Shown piece after piece: positions 25,101 through 40,028 of a stretch of DNA of 64,000 nucleotides. Location: assembly GCA_965285935.1 (NCBI GenBank), contig CBDIWN010000008.1, positions 806,001 to 870,000 on the forward strand, written 5' to 3'. Made by a program: the position numbers and the translations under genes. The notes under the pieces were generated by a model. It was not told the DNA's origin. It saw only the letters and a program-made list of their open reading frames with translations, and did not search any database. Position 1 is the first letter of the stretch. Every line of letters starts with the position of its first letter. The stretch is from Ophelia neglecta (Eukaryota).

Positions 25101-25945
25101 CTTTATGTGGCAAAAACGTTCGTAACTTTATTTCATAAAAATAAAATGTAAACGCATTGCGATTAGTATGAATAAAACTGCTTCAAGTACCTTTACCATT
25201 ATGTTTATGCTGGAATTGAGTTCCCGATGAATTAGAATAAATAGTTATGACATCCCTACAAACACTCCTGATTGTATAGCCACTTTATTCACTGCTAGGC
25301 GTGTTGAGACGAGTTTATTTAGTTCTAGACGACCGCTCAGCAAGGAGAACTTTAAATTCATTTTTAATGTATGCACGTTCGGTAGATGTGCCTGTATGTA
25401 TACGTGCGATTCAGAAATGGCTCCTATCACGTGTCTGTGTTGGCTGGTCATTTCCAGCGTCTTTCTTTCAACTAGAGTCGCTGGTCAGCCAGGTCAGTTG
25501 ATATATGTTTGCTATTTTCGTTTTGCAATAACACAATATTTTTGTTTTTGGCAGTGGAATGATTCAGGATTCAAAAATGTGGAGACATCTTATTTATCGA
25601 TACAATGCAAGACGACAGTAAATTAGCTACTGTTATGTTTCATGTAAAAATATCAGTGTATGTTGGAAACTCGTATGTTCCTACTGTTAAACTTTGTGGA
25701 TGAAAGGTCATACGGACTTTATAAGCACTTGAAACGAATACTAGCAGATATGTATATATATATATATGTAACGTTATTAGCCACATCCGTCACATGTTCC
25801 TCGTAACGTTACATAACCCCATTTCCTTTTATGCTTTTCTGTGCATCGAAGATCCAACTCCGGAGATAGACCTTAGTTGCACCGCAATATTACATATTAA
25901 TTATAAAGAAAGTTAAAGTTAAAGTGCTTAAATTATATTCGGCTG
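22195..25945 (+). repeat. Duplicated intergenic / first-exon block, copy 2 (upstream of paralog C)
   Basis: Colinear homology to 8868-12080, interrupted by mostly different sequence at about 22820-24290. Confidence 0.9.
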
Positions 25946-28900
25946 CGGAGGTTATTCTGAATAATGAGCTGGGACCTGGACCATGGGAAAATAAAATGGG
26001 CAAGAAAGCAATCAAAATTAGGTGACTGTCTAAAAATGATCCTTTGGTAATGAAAAGCATAAAAACCACTATATTCGCCGACCTAGCCCCAACACCCTTT
26101 CATACAACCTGGGTTGGGCTCCGCCTCTGCTGTTTGTCCGGCGGAAGAACAGTATCGGGAAAGGTCTCATCCCTCTACCCAAGCCTTGCTTATGTGGTGA
26201 ACGATTTGAACCCCCACATCTCTCCACCCCCAACCCTTACACCTTGGTTGGATATTCCCCTCTGATGCTTGAAACATTTGAAAGACGGTGCTGAATGATA
26301 CTTCTATGTTAGATATGCCATGCCCCAGAAATCTGCGAGTCTGCTTGGGCCATGTTCGTTGATCAAGGTGGTCACATATGAATAAAAGCTAGTATCTGAC
26401 CTTCTGGGCTAAGGTTCGACGATTGTGGGCCTTTTCAAACGGGACATTCTAGCTGGCTGATGCCCATATCTTCAATATGGTTGGCTGAGTTAACAATTCG
26501 GCAAATTGGGGTAGGCAGAATAGGTAAAAAGCATTAGGGTAACTAATGTCTATTCTGGAAAATACTATAAATTTGCATGTGCATAACATTTTTTGACAAT
26601 AAAATTTGGAATAACGGATAAGGCACAATTACTATTATATAATCCTGTGTTTGCGTATTTTCAGTACCCTCACATTTATTAAGGGATTGAATATGACATT
26701 CCCACCACAGATTCATTTCATTTCACTCGAGGAGCAATCGAACATACTTTTTTGGCAAAAGGCTAAGACAAAATAAAATAGGTTTTTTTAGATAAGAAAA
26801 CCAGCCCTTCATCAGAAGGTCTACTATATTGTGCATATTACATAACCGCATACACCAATAGAAAGCTAATGTCAAAGCTACATACTTTCACCATGCTGCT
26901 TGTATTTGAATCGTTTGTGATTATTTAGTGAACAATCAAGTCGGTTTCCTTTAAAACAAAATTGAATTATGTTAAAAGGGGCAATATAAGGTAGTCTTGA
27001 ACGACAATATACTCTTCATTTGTATAAGGGCTTGACACTAAACAGAAGAAAAATAATGTTTGTGAGATGTTAAATGGCTTGCTACCCCTCATGCAGTATT
27101 TATCTCAATATTATAGAGATATTTAAATTTCGTTAGATTCGACAACAATAAATCGCCAACGTTCAATCCTTTTCAATAGTTTATTGAATACATCCCCACA
27201 TGCCAGACAGGCAGTAAATAATACAGACTTGATCCGTTAAGAGGGTCATATCAGGCGCTTTGCCTTCTTTTGAACGAGCAAGGGAAATACAAATAGTAAA
27301 AGACTTCAACACCAACAGGTAAAAATTGTGAGCATATTAAGTCAACGGGATAATTCTAAAGGCTTTGGTGAGAGCGAGGGTGGAGGGGGGGGGGGGGGAC
27401 GGGGGCGTAATTCAATGCATTCCCAAACTACCAGTTTGAATCCGACATATACTTCTCTCACTCTCAATCTCAATGGTCTGATTTGTCAACTTTCTTTGCA
27501 CACCTTGAAGTGCTAGCAATAGTTTTATTATTGAATTAATCTCGACATGTCGGAGAGAGAGCAAATGGTATGCTCATGGTACCTGGGTAGTACCGAACGG
27601 GTTGTGGGTTTTTAATTTCTTCTGTGTACAGAAGAGTGTTTTCATGAGAGTACGAAAATAAGATATAAATAAGCCTAAATGGAATAATAAATGGAAGCAA
27701 AATAATCAAATTTTCAGCAAAATGTGATTCCTATTTATTTACTTATAAATACTTCAAAATATTGTCTGATGACTACATGGTTTTCAATCAACCCCCGACT
27801 ATTATTAAAACACTACTTCATGCTGTGTACTAGTCACGATAATTGGTGCCCCGTGTAAGATTAGGAGTTGAACTAGGCTTATTAACGTCATCTCCGACTG
27901 GCAGTATTCAAGAATTCATGCATGCTACTAAAGTATGTTAATTAAGCACTAAGTCTTCGAATCGTTTGGGCAACTGTACTGTGGGTTTCAGCGTAAAATT
28001 AAATATTACCCAAGTAATGGATTTCTTCGATCTTATGATCAAGTAGCAAGGGGCGGGAGAAGGGGGGGGGGGGCGACTGCTCTTACTACTTGTTAAGATA
28101 AGGCTAGTGAAACCCTTGGTTTGCGTATACATTTAAGATGCGAAGATAAAAAAAAATCCCAACGGTTGTTTATCGAAAATGTAACAAGCTGTCACCCTGG
28201 AGATTGATATGAGAAGAGAATTGATAGATCACATCCCGTTCCATGCAAAGCAAAAACCAAAAAAAAACTAACGTGACGCATATACCAAAAAAAAACCTGT
28301 TTGCGTATCATGGAAAGTAATTGTCCTTCCTCACAGAATAAGAGAAATAAAAATGAGATAAAAAAGGATCTCGCAATAGGAAAGATAAGTCATGCATATT
28401 GAACACTACTCAGTGAAACAAAAACTATCTGATAAGGGTAGGCGTGATATGGAGAATGGGTTTATGTATGTATTGGAATCAAGCTTTGTCCCGATACCCT
28501 TCTAGAAATAACTTCATTGAAATAAAAGGGAAATTTCGATTTGGGAATCAGAAACCATCTTAACTCGTATATATCTTATGTTTAATAAAGCACATCAGCC
28601 AAATTGACGCAGCTCACCAATTAAACTAGTTTTTTAGATATTCTTTTTTTCATCAGGTCCGTGTTTGTTTGGGCGCACTGCGGACTGCGTATACCCCTGT
28701 TTGTGTACCAATGGTTGTGACCGGATGACAGGAGATTGTATTAATGGAGGGCAGTGTCCGTTGGATGATCCTGCCATCATACGAAAAGCCGGACCTGGAT
28801 GCATACTCGGTAAAATTGTTTGCCTGCTTTATTTAAAACATATAAACTATTGAAACGTATGCATATTTCGGTCTTCTAATATACTTAGGGTGTACACTTT

Positions 28901-31900
28901 AGTCACTTAATAAACAACGTCACTAGATGCACATCAGGAAGTGCGTGGCTCGTGCTAACGTTTAAAAAATGAATGTATTTAAGATTTTGGGAACACGAAA
29001 TCATATTTTTATTTGATACACACCAGCGTGTATTATTAAACGTCTGAACTAAGCGAACACTTTTCTGTAAACCAAGAAACATCTTCACAGCTCTAAATGG
29101 AAGACGCCGCCAATATATCAGACATATTTCATAGCAAGCTAAGACAGTATTAACTGTAAAGTATGTTACTAAAGTATGTTACGAGAGGTCCCCAAACCTT
29201 TAACTCTAAAGCATGACAACATCACACTGTCATTAAGTACTTTAAAAACAATGCCTCAAACAAAAGGTGACGTTGTATTTTAGTTATTAATAAATAACAT
29301 CTCTAACTTTTACGCGATCGGCATTGTCTAACAGCCCTGTGATGCTAATGATTTGTTTAAGACATTTTCCGACAAAAACCCTTAGTGTTGCCATTATTTT
29401 GTTTTTCCCATAATTAAAGGTTACCAGCTGTTGCTAACATCTTTTTTTGGTAGCCTTTACCATCACAACGCGTTTCAAAATTTTGTCAGCCTGATTTTAT
29501 TCCTTGTCCTGCATGCCGAGTTTCGAAGTTTACACCTAAGAAAATGGCAAAAAAAATTATGCTCTGACTTTTTTCCAAATTTTATCGTTCCGTTGTTTCG
29601 TTGTCTGGAAATTGGCTCCTGTCCCGAAAAAGGCAATGACATCGACTTAAATCGAATGCATGGAATTAAGCTAACTGCTGTATTGGGTTTTGCACGACTT
29701 TCACTTATCGCTTGCAGCGCTCTTAATTTATATTGATTGATACAAATAAAAAATCTTAGTATCAAAGATACCTCAAGCTAGTAGTATGCGCCTTTATATT
29801 TTAGCTTACCAACTTCCTGGTCGACTACTCGGTCTGTCTTCACTACGCAGCCTGGCGCATTGCTTCACTGATGGAAACATTATTGACAGATCGCAGGGTA
29901 TATAAAATATTAATATGAACTGGTTGCCTAAAACAGAAAACCGTTGAAATAAAGGATTTCGAGCCGCGCGAATATCACGAACGGGAGACTTGCATACAGC
30001 CTAGCATCAGATGTAATAGTCAAGCATCAACCGAACAAACTTACGGCTTCACCAAGGGCGAAATCTCCCCATGATGTCCCCAATAAATTAACACTGCCCA
30101 AATCTCAACGGCGAACGTGATGAACAAAACTGATATATTTCTCGCCTAAACTAGATGCACTGCTTCAACTTTGATACATATTAATTACTGGGCAGGGCTC
30201 TTGCGCTTTCTATTGTAGTTTTATACCGTCATAGGAGGCTATCTTTGGTAGAACCTGTGTATGTTCCACGGGTAAATGGCACAAACTCTGCCGCATCGAT
30301 ATCCCTGGAAAAAGAGTTGTTCCAATCAGTAATAGTTTTGGGAAAATACATTTGGTAGGATGAGGTTCTGCAGGTTGGTATTATGAAAAGTTGTCTGTCC
30401 AATCCTCTGGTATTGTATCCCCAAGATGAATGAAAGTAGCTATATGGGAATGAAGATAGATGGGGAAGAATCTGACACAATATCATAAAACTTACAGAGC
30501 CGTTGGCATTTTTCTATAGCAAACATTTATTACTGAAACGAAGTACCATTCTAATGTTTCCGAGCTGGCTGGTATAAAATAATTCATACCTTTTGAAATA
30601 TGTATTTATGTGAGTCACGAAAGCATGAAAGTGACGTATTACTTAACAGCCTGTTGAATTAACACATTTGTATTTAAATAGGTAACGTTGCTAAGGGGAA
30701 GCCAGCTTTTCAAAGTGGACAATATGGTAATTTAATCGCGGGCTTGGCCGTGGATGGTCTCCTCATTAAAGATGACCTGACCTGTGCACACCCATTGGCT
30801 CAGCGTGGTATGAGAGGTTGGTGGTACGTTGATCTAGAGGATACCTACACAGTAGTCAGTGTCACCATCTTTAACAGAGGTCAACCTCCGTATTACAGTA
30901 AGTTGGCGATGGAATATTTGGTAAACTGACATAATGCTGGCCGTAAATATACATCGGTTTTATTTTAAGTATGACATTCTATCACCGGCATAAGGGGCTC
31001 CCTAGAAGGGTATGCAAACAAAAGATGAAATTTATGTTCCCACGGATGAAGATTTATTGCTACTAAAAAAATGAATTGGTGTAATCGCGACCACAAATAT
31101 AATTGTTCATATGTACCAACAACTCGATATTTTTCCATCGCAGTGGGGTCGCGGTGGGAATGGGTGGCCAATTTCTTATCATTTATTTCTCTTCGTCTGC
31201 TAGTAGCTGCGTCACTCACAAACATATGATTAATGCAATAGAAACAAAAGTATTTTCTACAAGGGCAATATATATTATTTAAACTTCTACTTTTTCATGA
31301 AATATAATCATATATCAACTCGTGAAAAAAATGACCTACTTATTTCTCGCAAACATTGTCAAATTGGCAGATATTATCTGCTTCAGACCGTGATATTAAG
31401 TCATAAGAAAGATCAGGTAAAGATTTCTATTTGAAAACTTTAAACGTATTTAAAAGGGCAGTAGATCAATACAGCCAACCGTTGGCTTTTTATATGTTGA
31501 ATTAGAAAACGGGTACAATGTAGACTAATATTCTTTAATATAATACATTACCCGATAACTGTGCTCTTGAGAGCGAGGCCATTGCGTCCTTTGGGCTACT
31601 GCAGATGTATCCGGTATTTTTTATTCACAGAACGCACTGGTAACTTCCGCCTTGGAGTTGGTTCCCAGACTAACGGTGACCAGACAAGTCTTTGTAAGAA
31701 ATACACAGGTGTAGTTCCTCAGTCAGGACACGACACCATACAGTGTAACTCACCCCTCAGCGGCAGATACGTCACCATTATCAGATATGCAGGCGGGTAT
31801 GATGACAACCAATTTTCTCTGTGCGAGGTTTTAGTTCATGGATACAAACCTATTGGTATGTTAAAACCAGTACACAACGTCTTCCTTGGATGTATGTAAC

Positions 31901-34900
31901 CAACTGATATTGTGACCATTTGAATTAGACAATGGCTGCCTGTGGAATAAATACCGACAGACACCATAGCTTATTGTCGCCATTGAATAAAATACCCTAA
32001 CTATTTATATCGATGTTCAGTTAATATTTGATATTAATTATGTACAAGGGCTCAGCCGACCTTTACCTGAACACAAAAGGAAAACATAAGCATTCTGCTT
32101 CTTTTCCAATTGTTTAATATAATTAATAATGCACATGTTATTAATGCACAATTATTATGATTATTGAAAATGTACATGGATTTGTGATACAATGAATTCA
32201 ATGCAACATCTTCAACATCAACAACAAACTATGATAACGCTGTTGTTATTCTGGCACTTGACTTTTATCACCTGTTGTTCAGCTGAATTCTTCTGTTTTT
32301 ATATATAGAAGCTGGTGTACTAAAGAAAATGTAATAAAGTATTAATTCTGCTCCTAGTAATTAACCTGTCATTGCAGTGTGTGAGAGTAATCGATGTCAG
32401 TCGTGCGATCCTTTAATTGGCTGCACTAACTGCACTCAGAATTCTAAGTACCCCGACTGTGAAGGTAGGCTCACTGTATCGACGTGAGAACAAAAACAGG
32501 GCTCTCGCTTATTGTACATATTTGAGTACAAGATTAAAAATATCATTATGTCTTAAAATGTATACCTTTCTGGGAGGAATTACTTCTCATTATAATATTC
32601 TACACGTTTTTGCAATCTGTCTTACAGAATGCAGCCATGAAGAATACGGGGACAATTGTGAAGGACGATGTAGTGCTAATTGTTTTGGATATCAGTATTC
32701 TACCTCTCGTTCGTGTTCCATCTCTAACGGAAGTTGCATAAATGGCTGTAGAGAAGGCTATTGGGGTGAGAAGTGTGAAAACATGTGTAGTATGAACTGT
32801 CGACAGATATCTGGGGAAGAAGTGTGTTCACTTAGTAATGGTAGTTGCACCCAGGGATGTTTGGAGTCTTACTACGGAGACCAGTGTCAACACTCCTGTA
32901 GTATTGGATGTAATAACAACTCGGACTCCAACATGTGTAATATGGACACAGGGTCTTGTATCAACGGCTGTCAACCAGGGTTCTACGGCGCCCAATGCAA
33001 TAAAAGATGTAGTAATCAGTGCCGTGGTATATGTGAGAGGTTCGGAGGGCTTTGTACTTGTATGATTGGGTATTACGGAGAGCAGTGCGAGTACAACTGT
33101 AGTATTCATTGTGAGACTATAGAAAACACACCGACATGTAAGAAGGACAGTGGGGCGTGTAGTCACGGATGTCATCTACCACTGTATAAAAACTGGTATA
33201 CTGGAGATATGTGTACCCAACCCATAGGTAACACCATGGTTTATTTTAAAAGCGGGTCATCTTAAATTGGTCGTATTATATCCAACAAATACAAAGTCCT
33301 ATTTTAATTTGATTATGATCGTTTTACAGTGTACTTGGGTTACCCAACGAACCAAACTATGACAATCATCAACATCACAGCAACATCTATCACCGTGGGC
33401 TGGCCTCACACAGTTGTTGTTCCCAAAGAAATGGCGCGTTTTTATGGCTACAGAGTCTATGCCATTACAGGAAATCAACGGATTTCATATGATCAATCAA
33501 TTACTACCAACACTGCTTTGAAAACATATAATCTGGTTATAACTGGCCTACAGGAAAGCACTGTTTATGACATTAAGATTACCCTGTATCGTAGAGTTTC
33601 GGGAAGAACCGAGGAGAGTAGAGATAGCTCCATGATTGTTTCTGTTACCACTTTACCAGGTAAATATGTGGGTATTCACGGTTGTCGCTTAAAAAATCAA
33701 TGGGTAATACAATTTACTACAGTACTGATACCTGCCAATGGTGCTGTGCTATCGATGTGCCACGTTGTACAGATGTGACTGCAGTGCGGGTTAGGGCAGT
33801 GTTAATTAAGCTTATCCAGAGCACGCCACGCAGCACCGCAGCAATGGTGACCCAGAATATTTCACAGGAATATATACTTCTATTAGGAAATATAGACTAC
33901 TTGTGAAATATGCTGTGTCACCGACGTTTCAATGTTCCAACAAAGCTGTTTATGTTGACCAGGGCAAAACAATTCAGTGTCGCCGGGGGCATTGGCAGCA
34001 ATCGTCATAGCGTGTGTTACATCAATCATCACCGTTGTCATAGGTATATGCTGTCTAATCTTCAGGTAAGTGTATACAACGGAAATGTTCTCATTCATTT
34101 CATGGAACAGCATGCATGCATTTTTAAGTTAAACAAACCCAATACAATTTCATTGTGTATTACTTGTCTTATGTTATTTAATGCTTGCCTGTAGATTCAT
34201 TCATAAAACCCAAGATGATGTGTGGATATGTTGTGCGCAGTTGTGGTCTTTTGTTCTCCGATCTTATTTTTTTCTATATGCAGAGTACGAATGCGCCAAC
34301 ATTCAACGAACGAATCACAAACAACGGACCACCAGGGTAACGCTACAGGAATTGAGTCCACTGACTTCAACGTATATGAGGAACCTTCACTGGAAGCAAC
34401 CGGCTATGGTGAGAGCCAATGAGCTATTTGGGTTTTGGGTGATAATAATTTTTTTCTTTATTTGAATGCAGTACAAGGTTTGACCAAGTGATCATTAATT
34501 TCATATAATACAATGGGTATGTGAAGTACATGAGCAAGGAATGTCCGTAAATACCCCGTGGTAACATTATAATATTTTCAACTAAATAAATTTCTACTTG
34601 AATGCCTTTTGTCCGTTTGAAATACTTATTAATATAACTGAAGACAAGTATTTCGGGTCATACCTTAGCAGCATAAAATCTTAAAACTCATCGTGGTTTA
34701 TAATGCGTGCATGGACGCTTATGGACAATACTACTTGGGCAATGATATTCTTTGCACTTGTATATATATGACGCTGAGAGAAGGGGTGGGTTTTAAATTG
34801 GTCAGTTTCAACACACGTGTTCCTAGACGACATCATTGTCAGCTTAAAGATATAAATTTCTGTGAATTTAGCTACAATTTATACAAGCAATAACATTACA

Positions 34901-35277
34901 CAACGACATTGGTTTCCACCCTTGTATAAGTAAATTACAACGAGCAAATTATTTTCGAAGTTTTTTTATCGAAGCTTTTTTATTTCGAAGCATATTGATT
35001 GAGGATCTTTTTTGTGATTATTGCAGATGTTAGCCAACATGTATTTTTTGCAATCTGAAAAGTATAAACATATTAATGATGTTCATTATTTAACCATTCT
35101 TGAATTTCACGTGGAGGTAAAGGCCTTTATGACTTTTAATAATCTAATATTTGAATTAAAGGACGGTTTTATATGTTTACAGCTAACCTGACGGTAGAGG
35201 GCAATCCAATGTACGATCAATTACACGCTTATTCGGATTATGAAGATGTAAACAAGACAGTTGACACCAAGGAATAA
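25417..35277 (+). CDS. Paralog C: F-type lectin + EGF repeats + FN3 single-pass receptor with NPxY / tandem Tyr-motif tail (~669 aa)
   Basis: Exons 25417-25492 (signal peptide), 28657-28809, 30682-30897, 31631-31855, 32378-32464, 32628-33227, 33330-33659, 33963-34065 (TM GALAAIVIACVTSIITVVIGICCLIF), 34284-34408, 35183-35277 (ANLTVEGNPMYDQLHAYSDYEDVNKTVDTKE*). All introns GT-AG; total 2010 nt, open frame. Confidence 0.9.
30290..30480 (-). mobile_element. 3'-end relic of a non-LTR retrotransposon ORF2 (CR1/L2-like)
   Basis: The minus strand encodes YNTRG..FIIPTCRTSSYQMYFPKTITDWNNS, matching the RT..Y..SFFPRTIxxWNxL-type C-terminus of these elements. Confidence 0.55.
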
Positions 35278-38200
35278 ACAAGGATTTATCTCTTTAAATG
35301 TTCGAACACTTGAAATCTGATTATGCCCCATTCACGTTTGCAAAGGGAATTCGTGATAAGGTCATTTGTCGCAAGTTAATTATACATTTAGGATGAAGAC
35401 TACAGTTAAAAAAAAACGAAATAAATTGTGACTTTAAAATGTTGAATTTTAATTGGTTCTGTCCAATATGAAATATTGGCAAACTTTCACTTGAATTTAA
35501 TAATTGAATGAGTAAATGTATGGTACAAATAATCTGGCACACTAAAGCATAATCACATTAATCACGCGGTGATGTATACTCGTGGTACATATAAGTACCA
35601 CATAATACACTTCAAGGAACGATTTTTACAGATCACGATGCAGAATGAACGATTGACATACAAAGCGTGTTTATTGTCCGCATTTATGGGGCCTGTATCG
35701 AGTTGTAGAGACAATATTATATTCAACAAGGTGAGAAAAAAATCAATTAGCTATGATTTCAGAATTGTGATTGCTCAACAATTAGTATATTCATTGCTTC
35801 TGGGAATGTATGGCACCCAAAAAAGTACAATAGTACATCAAATTGATCAGTATTATATTACTGCCTGTAATGAGAATTGTCTTTTCTTACGAGATCGTAT
35901 GTCTGTACTTATTAAATCGACTACATACATAAAAAGTTGAAGTAGAGTGAATGCACACATAGCTAGACATATTATACATAACAGCCACAGTATTTGCATT
36001 TTACCACCAAATCAGATAATAAAGAATAAAGAATTTGGATGGCATCCCATTCTTATATAACAAATCTTATATCCAAATATGTTTTCGTCAGACTCCAGAA
36101 AGTTATAATGAACTTTATTCGGTATAAGAACTAAGTAGCTATGCAGAAAGTAATACGTTGTAATTTTTGTACAATAAAATATCAAGGTTGTATTAATAGT
36201 GAAAGAACGTGTGTTTTATTATCATAATCCTGCTTCATTCGTCCAAATTGGTGATATTGGATGCATAATCGTTGAATAGTTTTGTCACTAGAATTCTAAT
36301 AACGGCACCTACATAGTTAACTGTGTTCCCAGTTTAGTGCGCCCAATTTATTATATAATATTATATCGATTAAATAAGGATAATTTGTGCCTGGCATAAG
36401 GGTTAAATTCTTATATAGGCCGATTACCGATGGCCGCCATTTTGATGTTATGCTAAAAATGCTCAATAATCCCAAAATGAAAAGCAGATTCCAACTCAGT
36501 ACCCCCAGTGATCCATGGTCAAAAAGTCGGCCAAACGAAAAGTATCTCATCAGAATTGACGTGTTAATGTACATAGAACCAGCGATTATATACTTCTATC
36601 AGTTGGTAAATATAGGAGGGGGGGGGGGGGGTCAATCGAATAAAGATACGCTTTTGGTACACCATTTGTCTTGGGTAAAGGTATGGTTTCTAAGCCTCTA
36701 GCTGTTAACATGTATGCAATTGCATCCCCAAAATATACTACCCCCCCCCCTCCCCCACCCCCTGGACCTTATACATTTCAATCTACTCCCTATAGCTAGC
36801 TACTAGTGGTACAGTTCCATGGAGTTTGCAAAGGGATGGCATCGGCTTTATTCTCACCCCTAGCTCTTCTTTCTCATTGCGCCACTCGATATCTCCCTCT
36901 CCACCCTTCTGATCCTTTGCATCTTCCATGAACTCCCTTCATTATCCAATCGTGCATCCTCTTGTTGAATTACTGCCCCACACGTTTCTCCCTAGAACCC
37001 TACTTGTGAAACATTGATCCTACTCCCTTAAAATATCTGCCATGATGCCGCCGTACTGGAAAACCTGCTACAAAGGTACCGGATACCGGAGTGTCCTTCT
37101 TTATAAAATCGACAAAATGACAATTATAGCCAAAGTTTTTCTTCTAATATGTCTATATTATCTCCTTTCATAGTGATATGGCACACAGATTGAATGGGCA
37201 CGTACCAGGCCATTAATCTATGATGGTTTGCAGGAACATTTTATGCCTGACTTGGTCTAGAAGCATATGTTACTGAGAAGTGACATTTGCAATTAAAGCG
37301 GGCTGAGGCTATATCAACTGCATGCTTAGTTAAACAATGAGCAAATTTACAGCCTACCTACTTAGACGCGGTTTACCTTGAGATGGTTTTTGGACCTGAC
37401 ATAGTGCCTGGAATTATATATGAAGTTGACATATTTGTGACAGATATACTTTGATATAATACCTTGTATTTGGTCTTGATGTCCGTTTGGCTATTATTGG
37501 TAATTATTTTCACTGTGCGATGAAATGAACTGCTTGGTGATATGACCAGCACATAAAAAAATGCTTTGCTGCATAATTAAATGGTCAGCTATGGAGAACG
37601 TGCACATGTAATTCTTAATGCAGTTAATTAGAGTTCTGGTATATGTTACATGACCCTTATAATCACCAGTATTGTCATAATCATGTACACATAAACAATA
37701 GAGAACAGTAGTACCCTTACAGAGTCATTAATGGTACATTGTTGGAAGATATACAATGTATACGAGCTAATATAACTGTCACCCAAAAAGTGGCCTATAT
37801 TATATTTTTTACAAGATAGAAGTTACTTATTCTACTATGCCTCCTGCAGGTAGTTTGTGTCGGATGTCTGGCAGAAACAGCGGTGATCTGTATCTAGGAA
37901 TGACTACCGACACTGTGCTACCTTAGTGAATAGCTGTGTAGGGTACCGATGCCAAGCTATGTGGGGCTAAAGCTGTCGGAACAAATGTAAGAAGCCATTG
38001 GACCAAACTGCATCCGTAACCCGCAACTAACTTAATGACAATACACTGGTTCTTCAAACTTATTCGGATCATTATATCTCGAAGAGCAGAGAAAGGTAAT
38101 CGGAGAACAAATCACTTTTTTTTCTGGTTATTGCCGAGCCTTGAAATCCAAAAGTGTTATCCATACTGTCAATAGAGCTCATTGTGTCGGGTACGGGGCC

Positions 38201-40028
38201 TGTGGTATTGCTTGTTTGGCCCGGGCCCTCTGCCAGCTGTTCATTGTGCTAGCCCGTGACCCCTGCCGAGTCTGTCCTATATATGTCGGTGGAGCACCTC
38301 TGTTGAACAAACCGAGGGCTGGAAGAGCCAGCAAGCTACCGAAAACCAACCGAGCAGAACTGTCTAGCCTATCAAGGATGCCTTGTCTACGGAGATACCG
38401 ATTCCGGAGCCGGCCGAAGCGCCCTACCTGATCTAACGGGACCCGAATGCCTATCCTGCCCTTGTGTCTTCCTCCTCCGTCCGTGATGCTATTCCCCAGC
38501 CTCCCTTAGCCCCGGTCCCCGGCCCGTGTATATCAGCCCTGGTCCCGGGCCCGTGTATATATCTCCCCAGGACCCCCAGCCATGGTTAAGGTGGTCAGCG
38601 TATGTGTGAATGTATATATGTGAATGCCATGTAGACTATAGAACCTGTATCGAAAGAAGGCTAGGCTAATACAATACACGTATGCTTAGCGCTGTGGAGA
38701 TGAATGTTTTTAGTTTTAGGCGACCGTTCGGAAACAAGAATATATTTCAAATTCTCATGTACATGTACTATGTGCATACATACAGTTATTTCTATCCAGC
38801 TAGGTGTTTACAATAAACACACCAATGTAGCTGGATATGCCGTCACCGGCTATGTTAATAATTCTACTTTGTTCGAAATGAAATCCTTTGACTTGAAATC
38901 ATGACTTGAATACAGAAATGCGCACAACCATACATATATGCATGTACTTTATTGCGGCAGGAGCCAATTTGGCGGTTGCGATCAGCCAATGGCAACACAG
39001 CATTCACACTATCCCGCCCCGATGGTTAGAACTATGGTGACCTTACAATTATACAGCACACTGTGTGTTTACATTGGATTGATACAGCCTCTTTTATAAA
39101 CCATAGCGTCTCCGAAGTATATTTCATCTTTGTTTTAAGTGGACAACTTATTCGTTTGTAATGGGCTTTGACTTGGACATGCGTTTGATATTTGCAGGCC
39201 TGCAACTGGCCTTTTCTGATGAATTCTGATTGAAATAATTGTTAATGCCAATGAATGTTCTATAATATTTGTCGGCGGTTAAAATAAATATACTCCCTAC
39301 CGGCATTTTTATTTCAAAAGTCATATGAACTAAAAGCTATAATAGTGTTAATATATTCAATGAAATTTTCAGCCAAACAACTTATCGTGTACCAGTTAAC
39401 GTTCACGGCAAACAAACTAGTATTAGCGTAAGGCAAATTTTCTTTGTATTTTAATGAACACGAATCTGACTACATTTGCACACGCCTTGACATTATTACA
39501 TTGCATGTGGTTTCATGAGGACAAAGTACAGTCCATTCTTTGATTTCCTGTAACATACTTGTTTGCCTGTAAATATTTTGTTCACGTGGCATTAGTTTGA
39601 CTCGTACATATATATTCATATTATATGGGCTATACAAAAGCCAATCGCTTCAGATACATTTACTGAACATTCATATACAAGTTTGAAGTAACTGACATGA
39701 GATGAATGTTAAGTGATTTGAACCGGCATGACATATGCCATATGACAAATCAGTACTTGTTATGTCTCTGGCCTATATGGGGATCATGTTATAAAACCAT
39801 TGTTCAGCTCAGGATCGTTTTCTATACGAGCAAAACGAGTGTGACCACTTCTAATTGATATACGTAAATTGTGTGAAGGAAATATTTTACAACATTAATA
39901 AACATATGATGGCGACAAATTGAATGTATTAAGCTAATAGACATTAAATGTATATTCTTGCCCGTTAGAAATCATCCTCTCTACCAGATCATTCTTATGC
40001 AGGTCAGTGCCAAGTAAGGCCTCTTTGT

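Noticed and set aside
25960-26530. Hints of a reverse-transcriptase relic on the minus strand in intron 1 of C
   Set aside because: Only fragmentary resemblance and no unambiguous RT motif; it needs a RepeatMasker or tBLASTn search.
38141-38600. GC-rich patch with a 96-aa ORF and a short duplicated ccc.ggtccc.ggcccgtgtatat unit
   Set aside because: No domain, termini or splice pattern recognised; probably an unclassified repeat fragment.
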